Source of the DNA: an uncultured Eubacteriales bacterium
GTDB taxonomy: Bacteria; Bacillota_I; Bacilli_A; RF39; UBA660
DNA length: 64,000 nt
Assembly: GCA_963536495.1 (NCBI GenBank)
Contig: CAUTAF010000002.1
Location: 74,032 to 138,031, forward strand
Reading direction: 5' to 3'
Under the pieces are notes generated by a model that saw nothing but the letters and a program-made list of their open reading frames with translations, had not been told where the DNA came from and ran no database searches. Position numbers and translations under genes: made by a program. How positions within the stretch are numbered: position 1 is the stretch's first letter; each line of letters opens with the position of its first letter. Positions 41,169 to 52,166 of this stretch are shown here, piece by piece.

Positions 41169-42560
41169 TTACCTCACTATTTCATACAAAGTTTTTTCTT
41201 TTGTATCTTTTAGAATTATATTTTTTTCTTTTAATTCTTCTCTTATTTGATCTGCTAAAACATAGTTTTTATTCTTTTTAGCTTGATCACGTTCTTTTAT
41301 TTTTTCTTCAATATATTTAATTAAATCTTCATCTATTTCTTCTTCTTTAAATAAATCTAAACTTAATACTTTATCGAATTCTTTCAATAAATATATTTTA
41401 CTAGAATTAGATATATTGCTTTTTAAAACATCATACATTGTTTTTAACATAAGAGAAGTATTTAAATCATTATTTATGGCATCTTTAAATTGATTTAAAT
41501 ATTCTTTTATTATTTCTTCATTTAATTTTTTATCTTCTTTTAAATTTTTAACTTTATTTCTAATTTTATTTAATAAATTACCATTTTTCTTTATTTCTTC
41601 TAAATCTAAAACTAGTTGTGATCTATAATGACTTTGTAAACAAGTTAAACGATATGCAAGTGGATCTATATTATCTTCTTTTAATGTATCAACAGTTATT
41701 ACATTACCTAAAGATTTACTCATTTTTGCATTTTTCAAATTTAAATGTTCTCCATGCATAAAATATCTACACCATTTATGTCCTAAATAAGCTTCTGATT
41801 GAGCTATTTCGTTAGTGTGATGTGGAAATATATTGTCTACCCCTCCACAGTGAATATCTAAATATTCTCCTAAGTTTTTAATAGCTAAACCACTACATTC
41901 AATGTGCCACCCAGGATATCCATATCCCCAAGGTGAATCCCATTTCATTTCTTGATTTTTAAATTTAGAATCAGTAAACCAAAGTGCAAAATCTTCTTGA
42001 TTCTTTTTATTAGAATCATAATCTACTGTTTCTCTAACACCTACTTGTTGATTATTCCTATTTCCTGGTAATTCATAATAATCTTTAAACTTTTTAACAT
42101 CAAAATAAACATTATTGTTTGAAACATATCCATAACCATTTTCAATAATTTTTTCAATCATTTTAATAGTAAAAGGAATATTTTCACTAGCTTTTTCAAA
42201 TATTTTAGGAATCTTTATATTCAAACTTTCACAATCTTCTACAAACTTTTTTGTATAAAAATCTGCTATTTCCGATACTTTTTTATGTTCTTTTAAAGCA
42301 GCCTTTTGCATTTTATCTTCACCAGTATCAGAATCATTTTCTAAATGTCCTATATCGGTAATATTCATTACTCTTCTTACATCATATCCTAAAAACTTTA
42401 ATGATTTTTCTAATATATCTTCAAAAATATAAGTTCTTAAATTACCAATATGTGCATAACTATATACTGTTGGTCCACAAGTATATAAATTAACGACATT
42501 TTCTTTATGCGGAATAAATTCTTCTTGTTTTTTTGTAAGAGTATTATAAATTTTCATCAT
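41169..42560 (-). CDS. cysS: cysteine--tRNA ligase
   Basis: HIGNLRTY (HIGH), KMSKSLGN, zinc ligands. Confidence 0.95.
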   Translation of the reverse strand: MMKIYNTLTKKQEEFIPHKENVVNLYTCGPTVYSYAHIGNLRTYIFEDILEKSLKFLGYDVRRVMNITDIGHLENDSDTGEDKMQKAALKEHKKVSEIADFYTKKFVEDCESLNIKIPKIFEKASENIPFTIKMIEKIIENGYGYVSNNNVYFDVKKFKDYYELPGNRNNQQVGVRETVDYDSNKKNQEDFALWFTDSKFKNQEMKWDSPWGYGYPGWHIECSGLAIKNLGEYLDIHCGGVDNIFPHHTNEIAQSEAYLGHKWCRYFMHGEHLNLKNAKMSKSLGNVITVDTLKEDNIDPLAYRLTCLQSHYRSQLVLDLEEIKKNGNLLNKIRNKVKNLKEDKKLNEEIIKEYLNQFKDAINNDLNTSLMLKTMYDVLKSNISNSSKIYLLKEFDKVLSLDLFKEEEIDEDLIKYIEEKIKERDQAKKNKNYVLADQIREELKEKNIILKDTKEKTLYEIVR

Positions 42561-44007
42561 TTAACCTTTTTAATACCTTTTCTTTTCCAAGTAAATATAT
42601 AGTTGCAGATAATTCAGGACCATGCATCAAACCACTACTTGCTATTCTTATAGGCATAAATAAACTTTTTCCTTTATTACCTGTTTCTTCTTTTACTTTA
42701 TTAATAATATTAACTATATTTTCTTCAGTAAAATCTTCTAATTCTTCTATATGTTTTTTAAAAGATTTAACTGTTTTGATAGATTGTTCTTCTTTTAATA
42801 TTTCTTTTGCTTCTTCAGTTATTTCATGATTATCATTAAAGAATATTGAAATTTCATCTATTATTTCTTCAGCATATGATATATGTTGTTGATAAATTTC
42901 AAGTAATCTATTTATCCATGCTTCATCTTTACCGTCCAAAGAATATTTGTTAGTTATAAAAGGTATAATCCATTCTTTAAATTTATCAAATGGCATTTTC
43001 TTAATATAATGAGAATTTATCCATCTTAATTTTTTAATATCGTATACTGCCGGAGATTTATTAATTCTAGTACTATCCCAGTCTTTAGTTAATTCTTCTA
43101 ATGTAAATATTTCTTTATTTTCTGGATGAGTCCAACCTAAAAGTGCTAAGTAATTTACTATAGCTTCTGGTAAATAACCAGCATTATATAAATCCATAAA
43201 ACTTGCATCACCATTTCTCTTAGATAACTTATGTCCATCTTCTCTTATAATGTGTGGTAAGTGTATATAAACTGGTGATTCCCAACCAAATGATTTATAA
43301 AGCAATAAATATTTAGGAGTTGAAGATAAGTATTCATTTCCTCTTACCACATGAGTAATATTCATCAAATGATCATCTATTACATTAGCAAAATTATATG
43401 TTGGAAATCCATCACTCTTAATTAAAATTTGATCTTCTAAAAGTTTATTTTCAACAGATATTTTTCCATATACTAAATCTTCATATGAAGTTATACCTTC
43501 TTTTGGCATCTTTTGTCTAATAACATATGGCTCATTATTAGCTACTCTTTTTTTAGCTTCTTCTAAAGATATATTTTTACATTTACCATCATACATAAAT
43601 GTAACTTTCATAAGTTCTGCTTCTTCTCTTAATTCTTGTAATCTTTCTTCATTACAAAAACAGTAATAAGCTTCACCTTTTTCTACTAATTCTTCAGCAT
43701 ATTTTAAATAAATATCTTTTCTTTCACTTTGGATATATGGTCCACAATCTTTAGGATTATTAGGTCCTTCATCTATATTTAAATTACATAATTCTAATGT
43801 TTTATAAATAAACTCTACTGCACCTTCTTTTTGTCTTGTTTGATCAGTATCTTCTATTCTAAGTATAAAATCTCCATTTTCATGTTTTGCTACTAAATAT
43901 TCAAATAATGCACTTCTTAAATTTCCTATATGCATAAAACCTGTTGGACTTGGTGCAAATCTTGTTCTAATTTTTTTATTGTTATCTATCATTTTTCCTC
44001 CAATCAA
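42544..44007 (-). CDS. gltX: glutamate--tRNA ligase
   Basis: HIGNLRSALF, KLSKR. Confidence 0.95.
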   Translation of the reverse strand: MIGGKMIDNNKKIRTRFAPSPTGFMHIGNLRSALFEYLVAKHENGDFILRIEDTDQTRQKEGAVEFIYKTLELCNLNIDEGPNNPKDCGPYIQSERKDIYLKYAEELVEKGEAYYCFCNEERLQELREEAELMKVTFMYDGKCKNISLEEAKKRVANNEPYVIRQKMPKEGITSYEDLVYGKISVENKLLEDQILIKSDGFPTYNFANVIDDHLMNITHVVRGNEYLSSTPKYLLLYKSFGWESPVYIHLPHIIREDGHKLSKRNGDASFMDLYNAGYLPEAIVNYLALLGWTHPENKEIFTLEELTKDWDSTRINKSPAVYDIKKLRWINSHYIKKMPFDKFKEWIIPFITNKYSLDGKDEAWINRLLEIYQQHISYAEEIIDEISIFFNDNHEITEEAKEILKEEQSIKTVKSFKKHIEELEDFTEENIVNIINKVKEETGNKGKSLFMPIRIASSGLMHGPELSATIYLLGKEKVLKRLNDENL

Positions 44008-44642
44008 TTATAGTTATTAGGATTTAATAATTTCCAATTATTATCAACTTTTACTATAACTAAACTTTTTTTATTTTCAAAATTATCTTCTTTTCCTTTT
44101 AATTTATAATTAATTAAAACTTTATAAGCTTTTGTTATTTTTTTATCAAAAAGATGTTGCTTATCAAGCAATTTTAATTCTTCTTTTTTAAGTTCTTCTC
44201 CAGTATCTATTACAATACAACTAATATTGTTTTTACCACTATCTTTAAGTTCATTTAAATAAAAACCATTATCTACATCAACATATTTTTCTATTTTTTT
44301 AAAATCTAAAGATTTTAAATACTCACAATATTTTTTTGCCACCCTAACTCTTATATTATTCGCATTAAGAATTCCAGTTAATAAAACTATAGATATCGCT
44401 ATAAAAATACAAATATTAGTAATGAAATAATAATCAATTTTTTTCTTTTTAACACTTTCGATGTTTATTTCTTTTTCTTCTATTTTTTCTTCAAAACCTT
44501 TATCTTTAACAACTATAGTTTCGTTAACAGAATCATTATTTTGAACAAAATTCTTCATATCACTAAACTCTACTACCTCTTCATTCTTTGTAATGTCTTC
44601 GATACTTTCGTTAGTAGGTGTTATAAGTATATCATCTTCCAT
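44004..44642 (-). CDS. hypothetical membrane-anchored protein
   Basis: Single TM helix; 4-nt overlap with gltX. Confidence 0.4.
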   Translation of the reverse strand: MEDDILITPTNESIEDITKNEEVVEFSDMKNFVQNNDSVNETIVVKDKGFEEKIEEKEINIESVKKKKIDYYFITNICIFIAISIVLLTGILNANNIRVRVAKKYCEYLKSLDFKKIEKYVDVDNGFYLNELKDSGKNNISCIVIDTGEELKKEELKLLDKQHLFDKKITKAYKVLINYKLKGKEDNFENKKSLVIVKVDNNWKLLNPNNYN

Positions 44643-44781
44643 ATTAACCTCTATGTATTTATTATATCACCTTAAATTTATTTTATATATTTTTAGAGAC
44701 AATTTTATAAAATATATAAAAGTTAGTATATATTTTTTTGTTATTTTGTCAATAAAAGAAAAAATACTATTTTAAGTATTT

Positions 44782-45642
44782 TTATCTTATTTTATTTTTA
44801 TTTTCTTCTTTATTTTTTTCATAACTAAAATTTTCTCTATTTAATAAATATTTCTTTTCTAGTAAATCTTTTATATTTTTATTTTTTTCTGCTTCTAATT
44901 TTTTACTTATTTCTTCTTTAGGTAATTTTCTTATCTTTTTACTCTCTAAAAGATTAGATTTTATAACAATTTTTCTATAACCATTATCACTATATATTTC
45001 TTGATAACCATTATATATTTCTTCACCCATATTATTTAATTCTATACAGTTAAAAACATCAAAATAAACTCTATTTGCTAATGTTACAGAATCGGCAGAA
45101 CTTATAAATAAAGGTTCATCAAAACTATAAAAATCTATTTCATCTTCTATTTTTTTCAATCTCTTCGAACTAAGAACTATCTTATTTTTTTCTAAACCTT
45201 CTTTCGTAAAATTTCTTGTTTTACTGTAAGAATGAATCTCACAAAGATTATCTTCTTTAGCTACATCTTTTAATTCTTCTTTTATAGTATAATCTGCACT
45301 TTCTTTATCTATCGATATTAAAGCTTTATCTCTTACTAAATGTGTTATATTTTCTTTTTTAGATAGCTTAGCAGCAAATATAGAAATATTCTTATAATTA
45401 TCTTCTTCCTCTATTCTAAGAAGAAATTCTAAATCTTTATTTCTAATTATTAAACTATTACTAAATAAATCTACTGTTTCTATTTTAAAATTTTCTTTTA
45501 TTAAACTTAAAATATTCTTTATTTCTTCATATATATAATCTTTATTTAAATCTTTATTAACATCTTTTCCTATATTTAATTTTTCTAAATAATCATCTAT
45601 ATTTCTAGATAATTCTTGATAACTCATTTTGTTATTTATCAT
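44782..45642 (-). CDS. hypothetical protein
   Basis: ORF only. Confidence 0.4.
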   Translation of the reverse strand: MINNKMSYQELSRNIDDYLEKLNIGKDVNKDLNKDYIYEEIKNILSLIKENFKIETVDLFSNSLIIRNKDLEFLLRIEEEDNYKNISIFAAKLSKKENITHLVRDKALISIDKESADYTIKEELKDVAKEDNLCEIHSYSKTRNFTKEGLEKNKIVLSSKRLKKIEDEIDFYSFDEPLFISSADSVTLANRVYFDVFNCIELNNMGEEIYNGYQEIYSDNGYRKIVIKSNLLESKKIRKLPKEEISKKLEAEKNKNIKDLLEKKYLLNRENFSYEKNKEENKNKIR

Positions 45643-46318
45643 TATTTTTACCTCTTACTACTTTAGCATTATTAAAAATACTATTTAAATATTTATCTGG
45701 ATAATACTTATCTAATAAAACATCCACAATATTATTAGCTTTTTTATTATTTCTTCTTTCATTTTGTCTATAACAAGCAAGTATAGATATAGTGCAATCT
45801 ATTATTAAAACATAAGTTATAATTCTGGTTATCCATTTATGATTAGATATGTTTTTAATAAATTTATCAACAAGTGGAATGATAAATAAAGCAAATATAA
45901 TCCCAAAAAATCCCCAAAATATCATATGAAACAAACTCGTTCTTCCATTAAAATTAAAACTTAGATAAGAATAATCCCAGGATATTGTCCCAAATATTTT
46001 TTCTTGTAAAAAAGAAAATAAATATTCTATTATTCCTCCCCCTAAAAATCCATAAAGAAAACCTTTAAATATCGATAAAATTTTATTATTTTTATAAAAA
46101 TTACTAAAAGAATATAAAATATATAAGATTAAAAAACCTATTCCATATATAGGAATTAAAGGTTCATAAATAAGACCTTGTCTAATTACTATTTCACCTT
46201 TAAAAACAGTTAATAAGTTTTCATGAAGAAAACCTATAAAACTACCAATTATAAATATCCAAAAATATTCAGTATAAGTTTTTCTAATTTTATTTTCCAT
46301 TATAAACCCAATAAACAC
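45632..46318 (-). CDS. polytopic membrane protein
   Basis: 5-6 predicted TM helices. Confidence 0.4.
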   Translation of the reverse strand: MFIGFIMENKIRKTYTEYFWIFIIGSFIGFLHENLLTVFKGEIVIRQGLIYEPLIPIYGIGFLILYILYSFSNFYKNNKILSIFKGFLYGFLGGGIIEYLFSFLQEKIFGTISWDYSYLSFNFNGRTSLFHMIFWGFFGIIFALFIIPLVDKFIKNISNHKWITRIITYVLIIDCTISILACYRQNERRNNKKANNIVDVLLDKYYPDKYLNSIFNNAKVVRGKNNDK

Positions 46319-46330
46319 CTTTATTATATA

Positions 46331-47848
46331 CTAAAATAAAGGAGATAGAAATCTTAGTATCTTATTTATTATTTTATTAATTCTTTTTTCGTTTTTCTTT
46401 ATGGCTTTTTTTGACAATTTAGAACATTTTTTAGATGTTTTTATAAAATCTTTCTTTAAATCTTTAATTATTTCACTTTTGTAAAAAACTGAATTTGATT
46501 CAAATGTTAAAAATAAACTTCTATAATCTAAATTTACAGTTCCAATACAAGCTATTTCATCATCAACAAGAACTGCTTTAGCATGTAAAAATCCAGGAGT
46601 ATAAGTTAATATATCTACCTTTTCTTTTGCTAAATCACTAGCATAACTTAAAGTCATATTATATGCCATTTTTTTATCAGGTATCTTAGGTATATATATT
46701 TTTACATCTACTCCTCTTTTAACAGCGGATATCAAAGCTTTACTTAATTTTTCATTAACCATTAAATACGGTGTGTAAAACCATGCATATTTTTTACTGT
46801 TATCTAGTAATTTAACATATAAATTATTAGATATTTCTTCTTTATAATTTGGTGAATCATAATACGAAAGTATATAACCATCTTTTTTGTTACTTACATA
46901 ATTTTTTTTAAAAATTTCATCTCCAAGTTTATTTTTAGAATATGCATTCCAAAATTCCATAAACATATAAGTATAGTTTTCTACTGCTTTTCCTCTAAGT
47001 TGAAATCCAATATCTTTCCAATGACCAAATCTTACTTTTTCATTTATATATTCATCTGCTATATTTATACCGCCACTAAATACAATCTTATTATCAATTA
47101 TCATCATTTTTCTATGATCTCTATTATTTAATGATGATGTTATAAATCTAACAGGATTAAAAACATTACATTTAATTCCTTTTTGATTTAATATAAAAAT
47201 ATTTTTAAAAGAATAAGTCGTCATGCTACCAAAATCATCATATAAAATTCTAACATCAACATTTTCTTTCACTTTTTTTTCTAATATTTTCATAATAGAA
47301 TTCAAAAATTTTCCTTTTGATAAAATAAAATATTCTAAGAAAATAAACTTTTCTGCTTTTTCTAATTCTTTAATCATATCTAAATACATATCTTCTCCAA
47401 GAGAATAATATTTAGCATATTCATTATAATTTATATTTGTATTAGTGTTTTTTGCTACATAATTAAATATCTCATATATCTTTTTATCATCATTTTTAAG
47501 TTCTTCATTAACACTTTTATTAGGTAAAAGAGTGAATTTTACATTCTCTTTACCTTTTTTTATCTTTTTCATTATAGGTTTAGAAGTCTTCTTATTAGCA
47601 GAAGTAAAATACAACCAAGATCCAAATATCGGTATGAAAAACAAAATAAAAATCCAAATTGGTTTGTAAGACGTTTCTTCTTTTTTATCATAAAGCAAGC
47701 GAAATATTACCGCTAAAGAAATAATACTAAAAAAAACTAAAACAAAAAAGAGCACTTCATAAAACCAATTAATTATTAATATATAAAATAATAATTGGAT
47801 TGTTATATATGGTGATATTATAAATAATCTATCTAGTATTCTTTTCAT
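46331..47848 (-). CDS. cls: cardiolipin synthase
   Basis: Two N-terminal TM helices; two PLD HKD motifs (HRKMMIIDNK, HAKAVLVDDE). Confidence 0.9.
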   Translation of the reverse strand: MKRILDRLFIISPYITIQLLFYILIINWFYEVLFFVLVFFSIISLAVIFRLLYDKKEETSYKPIWIFILFFIPIFGSWLYFTSANKKTSKPIMKKIKKGKENVKFTLLPNKSVNEELKNDDKKIYEIFNYVAKNTNTNINYNEYAKYYSLGEDMYLDMIKELEKAEKFIFLEYFILSKGKFLNSIMKILEKKVKENVDVRILYDDFGSMTTYSFKNIFILNQKGIKCNVFNPVRFITSSLNNRDHRKMMIIDNKIVFSGGINIADEYINEKVRFGHWKDIGFQLRGKAVENYTYMFMEFWNAYSKNKLGDEIFKKNYVSNKKDGYILSYYDSPNYKEEISNNLYVKLLDNSKKYAWFYTPYLMVNEKLSKALISAVKRGVDVKIYIPKIPDKKMAYNMTLSYASDLAKEKVDILTYTPGFLHAKAVLVDDEIACIGTVNLDYRSLFLTFESNSVFYKSEIIKDLKKDFIKTSKKCSKLSKKAIKKNEKRINKIINKILRFLSPLF

Positions 47849-47889
47849 TCAAATTCCTTTATATAAATAAACAATTTTGTTCAAAAGTT

Positions 47890-49044
47890 TTAAATATTTA
47901 ATTTTTTGATATATTCATATCCTAATAAAATTTTATTAGAAATGCTAGTGTTTTCATTATATATTTCTTTTAATTTATCCATAACTTTTACTTCTTGATC
48001 ATATAAGCTATAAAAACTATCATAAGCTTTATAATTTATCTTAAAAATATCTTTAAATATTTTTGAGTTAAGTATAGGATCAACAACCATTTCACTATAT
48101 TTCCATATTAAATTAGGAGTTTCAAATTCTTCTTTTTTATAATTAGGAAACATTTCTTTCCATTTTTCAAACCAAAAAAAGTGTAATATTTCATGAGATG
48201 TAGTTTCTATTAATTTTTCTTCATCAACTATACCTATAGAAAAACTGTATGTATCTAAATATCTAGGAAATATAGGTATAATACCCACATTTGCAATAAT
48301 TTTAGATACTTTAAGATTAGAAATATCAAAATATTCAGATAAGCTTTTTAAGTATATATCATTATATTTATTCCATATATTAGTATATTCTGTTATTTTT
48401 TGATTTAGCAAATCAAAGTTATCATAATATCTCTTATTAACAATATCTTCAATTTGTTTATTTATATCTAAATCCTTTTTTATTTCTTTTAACTCTGGAA
48501 AAAGACCAGTAACATATTTATATGTGTTTATTGTCTTATCCTTTTCATTATATGCATATTTTACTAAATCTATATTTTCTTCTAAAGTCATAACTTTAAA
48601 TTCAACTATTAAAGATTTTTTATATTTCATATAATATCTACTTTCAGTTTCATCTACTATAATAAAGTTTAATCTTTTATATAAAGAAACAGCTTTTTTA
48701 TTTTCTTTATAAACCCATAAATAAACAATATTGTTAATATCTAATATATTTTTTATAATCTCTGTTCCTATACCTAAACTTCTATAAGATTCTTCTAAAT
48801 ATATTTCATCAAGTAATACTCCATCATCTTGTTTTTTTATCAAAAGACATCCAATAGCTTTATTATTAAATAGTATTATCTTATATTCTTTTAATTCTTT
48901 AGGAATAGAAGTATCAATATAATTGTTTATTTTAATTTTTTCTTCTTCTGTTAAATTATTAGCATAAGTATAAATAATATTACTTTTAGCTTGTTTTAAA
49001 TAATTTATATAATCTATACTAGCATCTACTAAACTATATTTCAT
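47890..49044 (-). CDS. GNAT acetyltransferase domain fused to a C-terminal domain carrying an HExxH motif
   Basis: N-terminal GNAT core (KAIGCLLI...YRSLGIGTEI...AVSLYKRLNF); C-terminal TSHEILHFFW. Confidence 0.45.
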   Translation of the reverse strand: MKYSLVDASIDYINYLKQAKSNIIYTYANNLTEEEKIKINNYIDTSIPKELKEYKIILFNNKAIGCLLIKKQDDGVLLDEIYLEESYRSLGIGTEIIKNILDINNIVYLWVYKENKKAVSLYKRLNFIIVDETESRYYMKYKKSLIVEFKVMTLEENIDLVKYAYNEKDKTINTYKYVTGLFPELKEIKKDLDINKQIEDIVNKRYYDNFDLLNQKITEYTNIWNKYNDIYLKSLSEYFDISNLKVSKIIANVGIIPIFPRYLDTYSFSIGIVDEEKLIETTSHEILHFFWFEKWKEMFPNYKKEEFETPNLIWKYSEMVVDPILNSKIFKDIFKINYKAYDSFYSLYDQEVKVMDKLKEIYNENTSISNKILLGYEYIKKLNI

Positions 49045-49405
49045 AGCAAATCCTTTCTTATATATTTTTATTTAATTTTGAAAATATATTTAAATTATAT
49101 CATATAAAAAGAAGTGTTTTTATTTAATCAAAAGAAAACCAGCTATTAAACTAATCCCATTTGGAATTAAAATAATAAGCTGGTCGCATTTCTTATTGTC
49201 GAATTTAACATTTGAATCAAAAATATTTACTCTAAAAGTTAATTGTAAATAATTATAAATTGTAATATATAAATTCTAAACTTAAAAATTTAAATAAATT
49301 ATAAATTATTTAGAGCAAATATATAAACAAATGACAACAAGAATGCTTTGGCTAAAAATATTTATTTTTATTTAATCCACAAAATAACTTAGTAGAACCA
49401 ATAAA

Positions 49406-49906
49406 TTATATAGTAAATTCTGTAGAATTCAACTTAGAAATTTCAAAATCTGTCTTTTGAATTTCACTATCTATTTCTGCAATTTTTTTTCTTAATTTCT
49501 TTCTATCAAAATTTAATGTCTTAGATTCAAAATATGAATTATTTACTTCTGTAACTCTTTTTTTACTATTTTTTAATGTTAATAAATTTTCATATGTTGT
49601 CTTAAGTTTTCTTAAATTAGTATTATCAACTATCGCTTCTTGTATAGTTCTACCATCACTTAATTTAAATTCATTATTTTTTTCATATAAAATAGCTTTC
49701 AATTTTGATAACTCTTTAGAAGTTTTTTCTATATCTTCAAGATTTAAATCAAACTCTTCTTTATTATCTTCAATCAAATTAACTCTACCATCAAGTTCTT
49801 CGATAGATATATTTAAAGCATAATCTTCTATACTATAAACTTTTGAATTTAAATTTTTTTCTGTTTCTGAAATTAAATTCATAAGTGCTGATATATTTGT
49901 TTTCAT
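49406..49906 (-). CDS. hypothetical coiled-coil protein
   Basis: ORF only. Confidence 0.35.
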   Translation of the reverse strand: MKTNISALMNLISETEKNLNSKVYSIEDYALNISIEELDGRVNLIEDNKEEFDLNLEDIEKTSKELSKLKAILYEKNNEFKLSDGRTIQEAIVDNTNLRKLKTTYENLLTLKNSKKRVTEVNNSYFESKTLNFDRKKLRKKIAEIDSEIQKTDFEISKLNSTEFTI

Positions 49907-49975
49907 TTTATTATTCTCCTTTTATCATTTACATTTTACTATATATCAAAAGAAAAGAATATTACAAATAATATT

Positions 49976-50623
49976 CTAGTTTAATTTTTTAACTAATTTT
50001 TTACTATATCCATAAACAGGACTTGAAAACTCTTTTTTAAATATATCTTTTTCATATTCTAAATAATCTTTACCAAATTTATTGATAGTATATATTTTAA
50101 ATCTTTCTGGATTATAATTTTCCATATCAAAATATTCTTCTTTTTTATATACTTGAAAAAATAACTCTGTTAAATCTAAATCTACTAATGTATCTATTCC
50201 TCTTTCTAATGATTTTTCTGCTACTTTTTTAACACAATCATTAGCGTGATATCCACCTATTACTAATTTATCGACATCTTTTAATTTTTCTATTATTTTA
50301 TCTTCATCTGGATATTTAGGAATAAAATTTTTCTTTTCATTTCCTCTTTCATCATATGCATTAATATCCAAAAATAAAGTATCAGTATATATTATTTTAT
50401 CTTCTTCTTTTTTATCTATTCCATATATTTTTTTATCAGGAAACATTACAAAAATAACTTGATAATCTTTTTGTCTATATCTTCTATCAATTGTTTCATT
50501 AAGTATCGGCATAGGTTTTAAAATATGCCACGTATCATATAAACTCTCATCAGATAGTAAATATGTACTAGCAAATTCTTTTATAGGATATAAATACAAA
50601 AACACTTTTTTCATAATCATCAA
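49976..50623 (-). CDS. isochorismatase-like cysteine hydrolase family protein
   Basis: KLVIGGYHANDCV resembles the catalytic Cys region of the isochorismatase family. Confidence 0.4.
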   Translation of the reverse strand: MMIMKKVFLYLYPIKEFASTYLLSDESLYDTWHILKPMPILNETIDRRYRQKDYQVIFVMFPDKKIYGIDKKEEDKIIYTDTLFLDINAYDERGNEKKNFIPKYPDEDKIIEKLKDVDKLVIGGYHANDCVKKVAEKSLERGIDTLVDLDLTELFFQVYKKEEYFDMENYNPERFKIYTINKFGKDYLEYEKDIFKKEFSSPVYGYSKKLVKKLN

Positions 50624-50703
50624 GTCTCCATATTTTCTACTTTTAAAAGTATTTTATTATCTAATTTCATTATAGCATATATCTTATTTAAACATACTAT
50701 ATT

Positions 50704-52002
50704 TTAATATCTCTTTTTCTTAACTATCTCTAATTCTCTAGGATCATATTTCATATTAGAATAAAAATCATCTTCTTTTGTTAGTGATAATTTTAATAAA
50801 TCTTTATCTGTTATTTTTACATCAAATGTTTTTATATTTTCATCTTTTTTATCTGTGTTCCAAAAATTAAATATATTATCTTTATACTCGTATCTTCCAT
50901 GCATAATAGATGTTCTTATTTCATAAATAAATTCTTTATTTGTTAAATTGTTTTTTAATTTGTTGTCTATTTTTAACAAATCATAATTATAATTATCTTT
51001 ATCATAACTATCATAATTATATATAAAATTTATATAAAATTTTGATAATATTATTAAAGAATTATATAAGTCGAATTCTTCTTTTGAAAAATTATTAAAT
51101 ATAGATTCTATATCTAAAATATCAACTTTATTTTCAAATATATCAATAAACTTGATATATGGATTATCTTTTTTAACATATAAATTTTTAGCTAAATAAC
51201 TTATATATTTTGGATTAATATTGTTATTTTTATCGTATGCTATATTTAGTTGATTCAAATCATATATTAACAAATTTCTTTGTGAACCATATACATATCT
51301 ATCATCAAAACTTGGTAAATTAAAAGTTTGATATTCACTTATACTATCATATTTACCAGAATTAACTAAAGTAAATCTTCCGTGAGCTATAATATTTCTA
51401 ATTTGAGTAAAGAAAAACTCTGTTATATTAGATTGTTTTATATCACCACTATTAATTTTAATTTTTCTAATTTCATTATTAAATTTATTAATACACTTTA
51501 TAACTGTACATCCTTTTCTTAACGATGTTATTACTCCATTATTTATAGATAAAATATTATTATCATATAAAAAATCCCAATCGTTAATATTAAAATAACT
51601 TGTATTTGTTTTTATGTCATAAATAGATAGTGTATCTTCAGGAATAACAAAAGATTCTCCTATATTCATATTTTTTTCTTTTAAATTAGAAAACGTATGA
51701 CCTAATAAAAGTGAAATTTTATTATCTTCTTTTATTTCAAAATGGTTCATATAATTATATAAATCTTCGTTTTTTATATATTTTTCTAAATCATCCTTAT
51801 TAGAAGTAATAGAAATTAAAGAAAATATCAAAAGAAGTAATTGGGGATCACTTATTTCAAATATATCAGAAAGATTTTCATTAACATCACTATATGCGTT
51901 TAATATTTTATTTACATCATATATAAATTTTTCTCTAGAATGTTCTCTTTCGTATAAAAGCATATCTTTAAATTTTGAACTTATTTGATCAAATTCTTGC
52001 AT
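50704..52002 (-). CDS. hypothetical protein with two Rx4H (HEPN-type) motifs
   Basis: FFTQIRNIIAHGRF and IYEIRTSIMHGRYEY lie about 170 aa apart. Confidence 0.45.
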   Translation of the reverse strand: MQEFDQISSKFKDMLLYEREHSREKFIYDVNKILNAYSDVNENLSDIFEISDPQLLLLIFSLISITSNKDDLEKYIKNEDLYNYMNHFEIKEDNKISLLLGHTFSNLKEKNMNIGESFVIPEDTLSIYDIKTNTSYFNINDWDFLYDNNILSINNGVITSLRKGCTVIKCINKFNNEIRKIKINSGDIKQSNITEFFFTQIRNIIAHGRFTLVNSGKYDSISEYQTFNLPSFDDRYVYGSQRNLLIYDLNQLNIAYDKNNNINPKYISYLAKNLYVKKDNPYIKFIDIFENKVDILDIESIFNNFSKEEFDLYNSLIILSKFYINFIYNYDSYDKDNYNYDLLKIDNKLKNNLTNKEFIYEIRTSIMHGRYEYKDNIFNFWNTDKKDENIKTFDVKITDKDLLKLSLTKEDDFYSNMKYDPRELEIVKKKRY

Positions 52003-52042
52003 TATTTACTTCCTTTTTATATATATTATATTACAAATTACA

Positions 52043-52081
52043 AAACAAATAGCATATTATGTTTATATGTGCTATTTGTTT
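52043..52081 (-). terminator. terminator hairpin downstream of the GNAT gene
   Basis: Perfect 12-bp inverted repeat AAACAAATAGCA / TGCTATTTGTTT with a 15-nt loop. Confidence 0.5.
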
Positions 52082-52166
52082 AAATATTATTAATTTTTTA
52101 TTCAACAAAATGTGTGTGTTTTATTTGACATTTTTATTCGATATATAAAATTTTTTAAATTTCATA

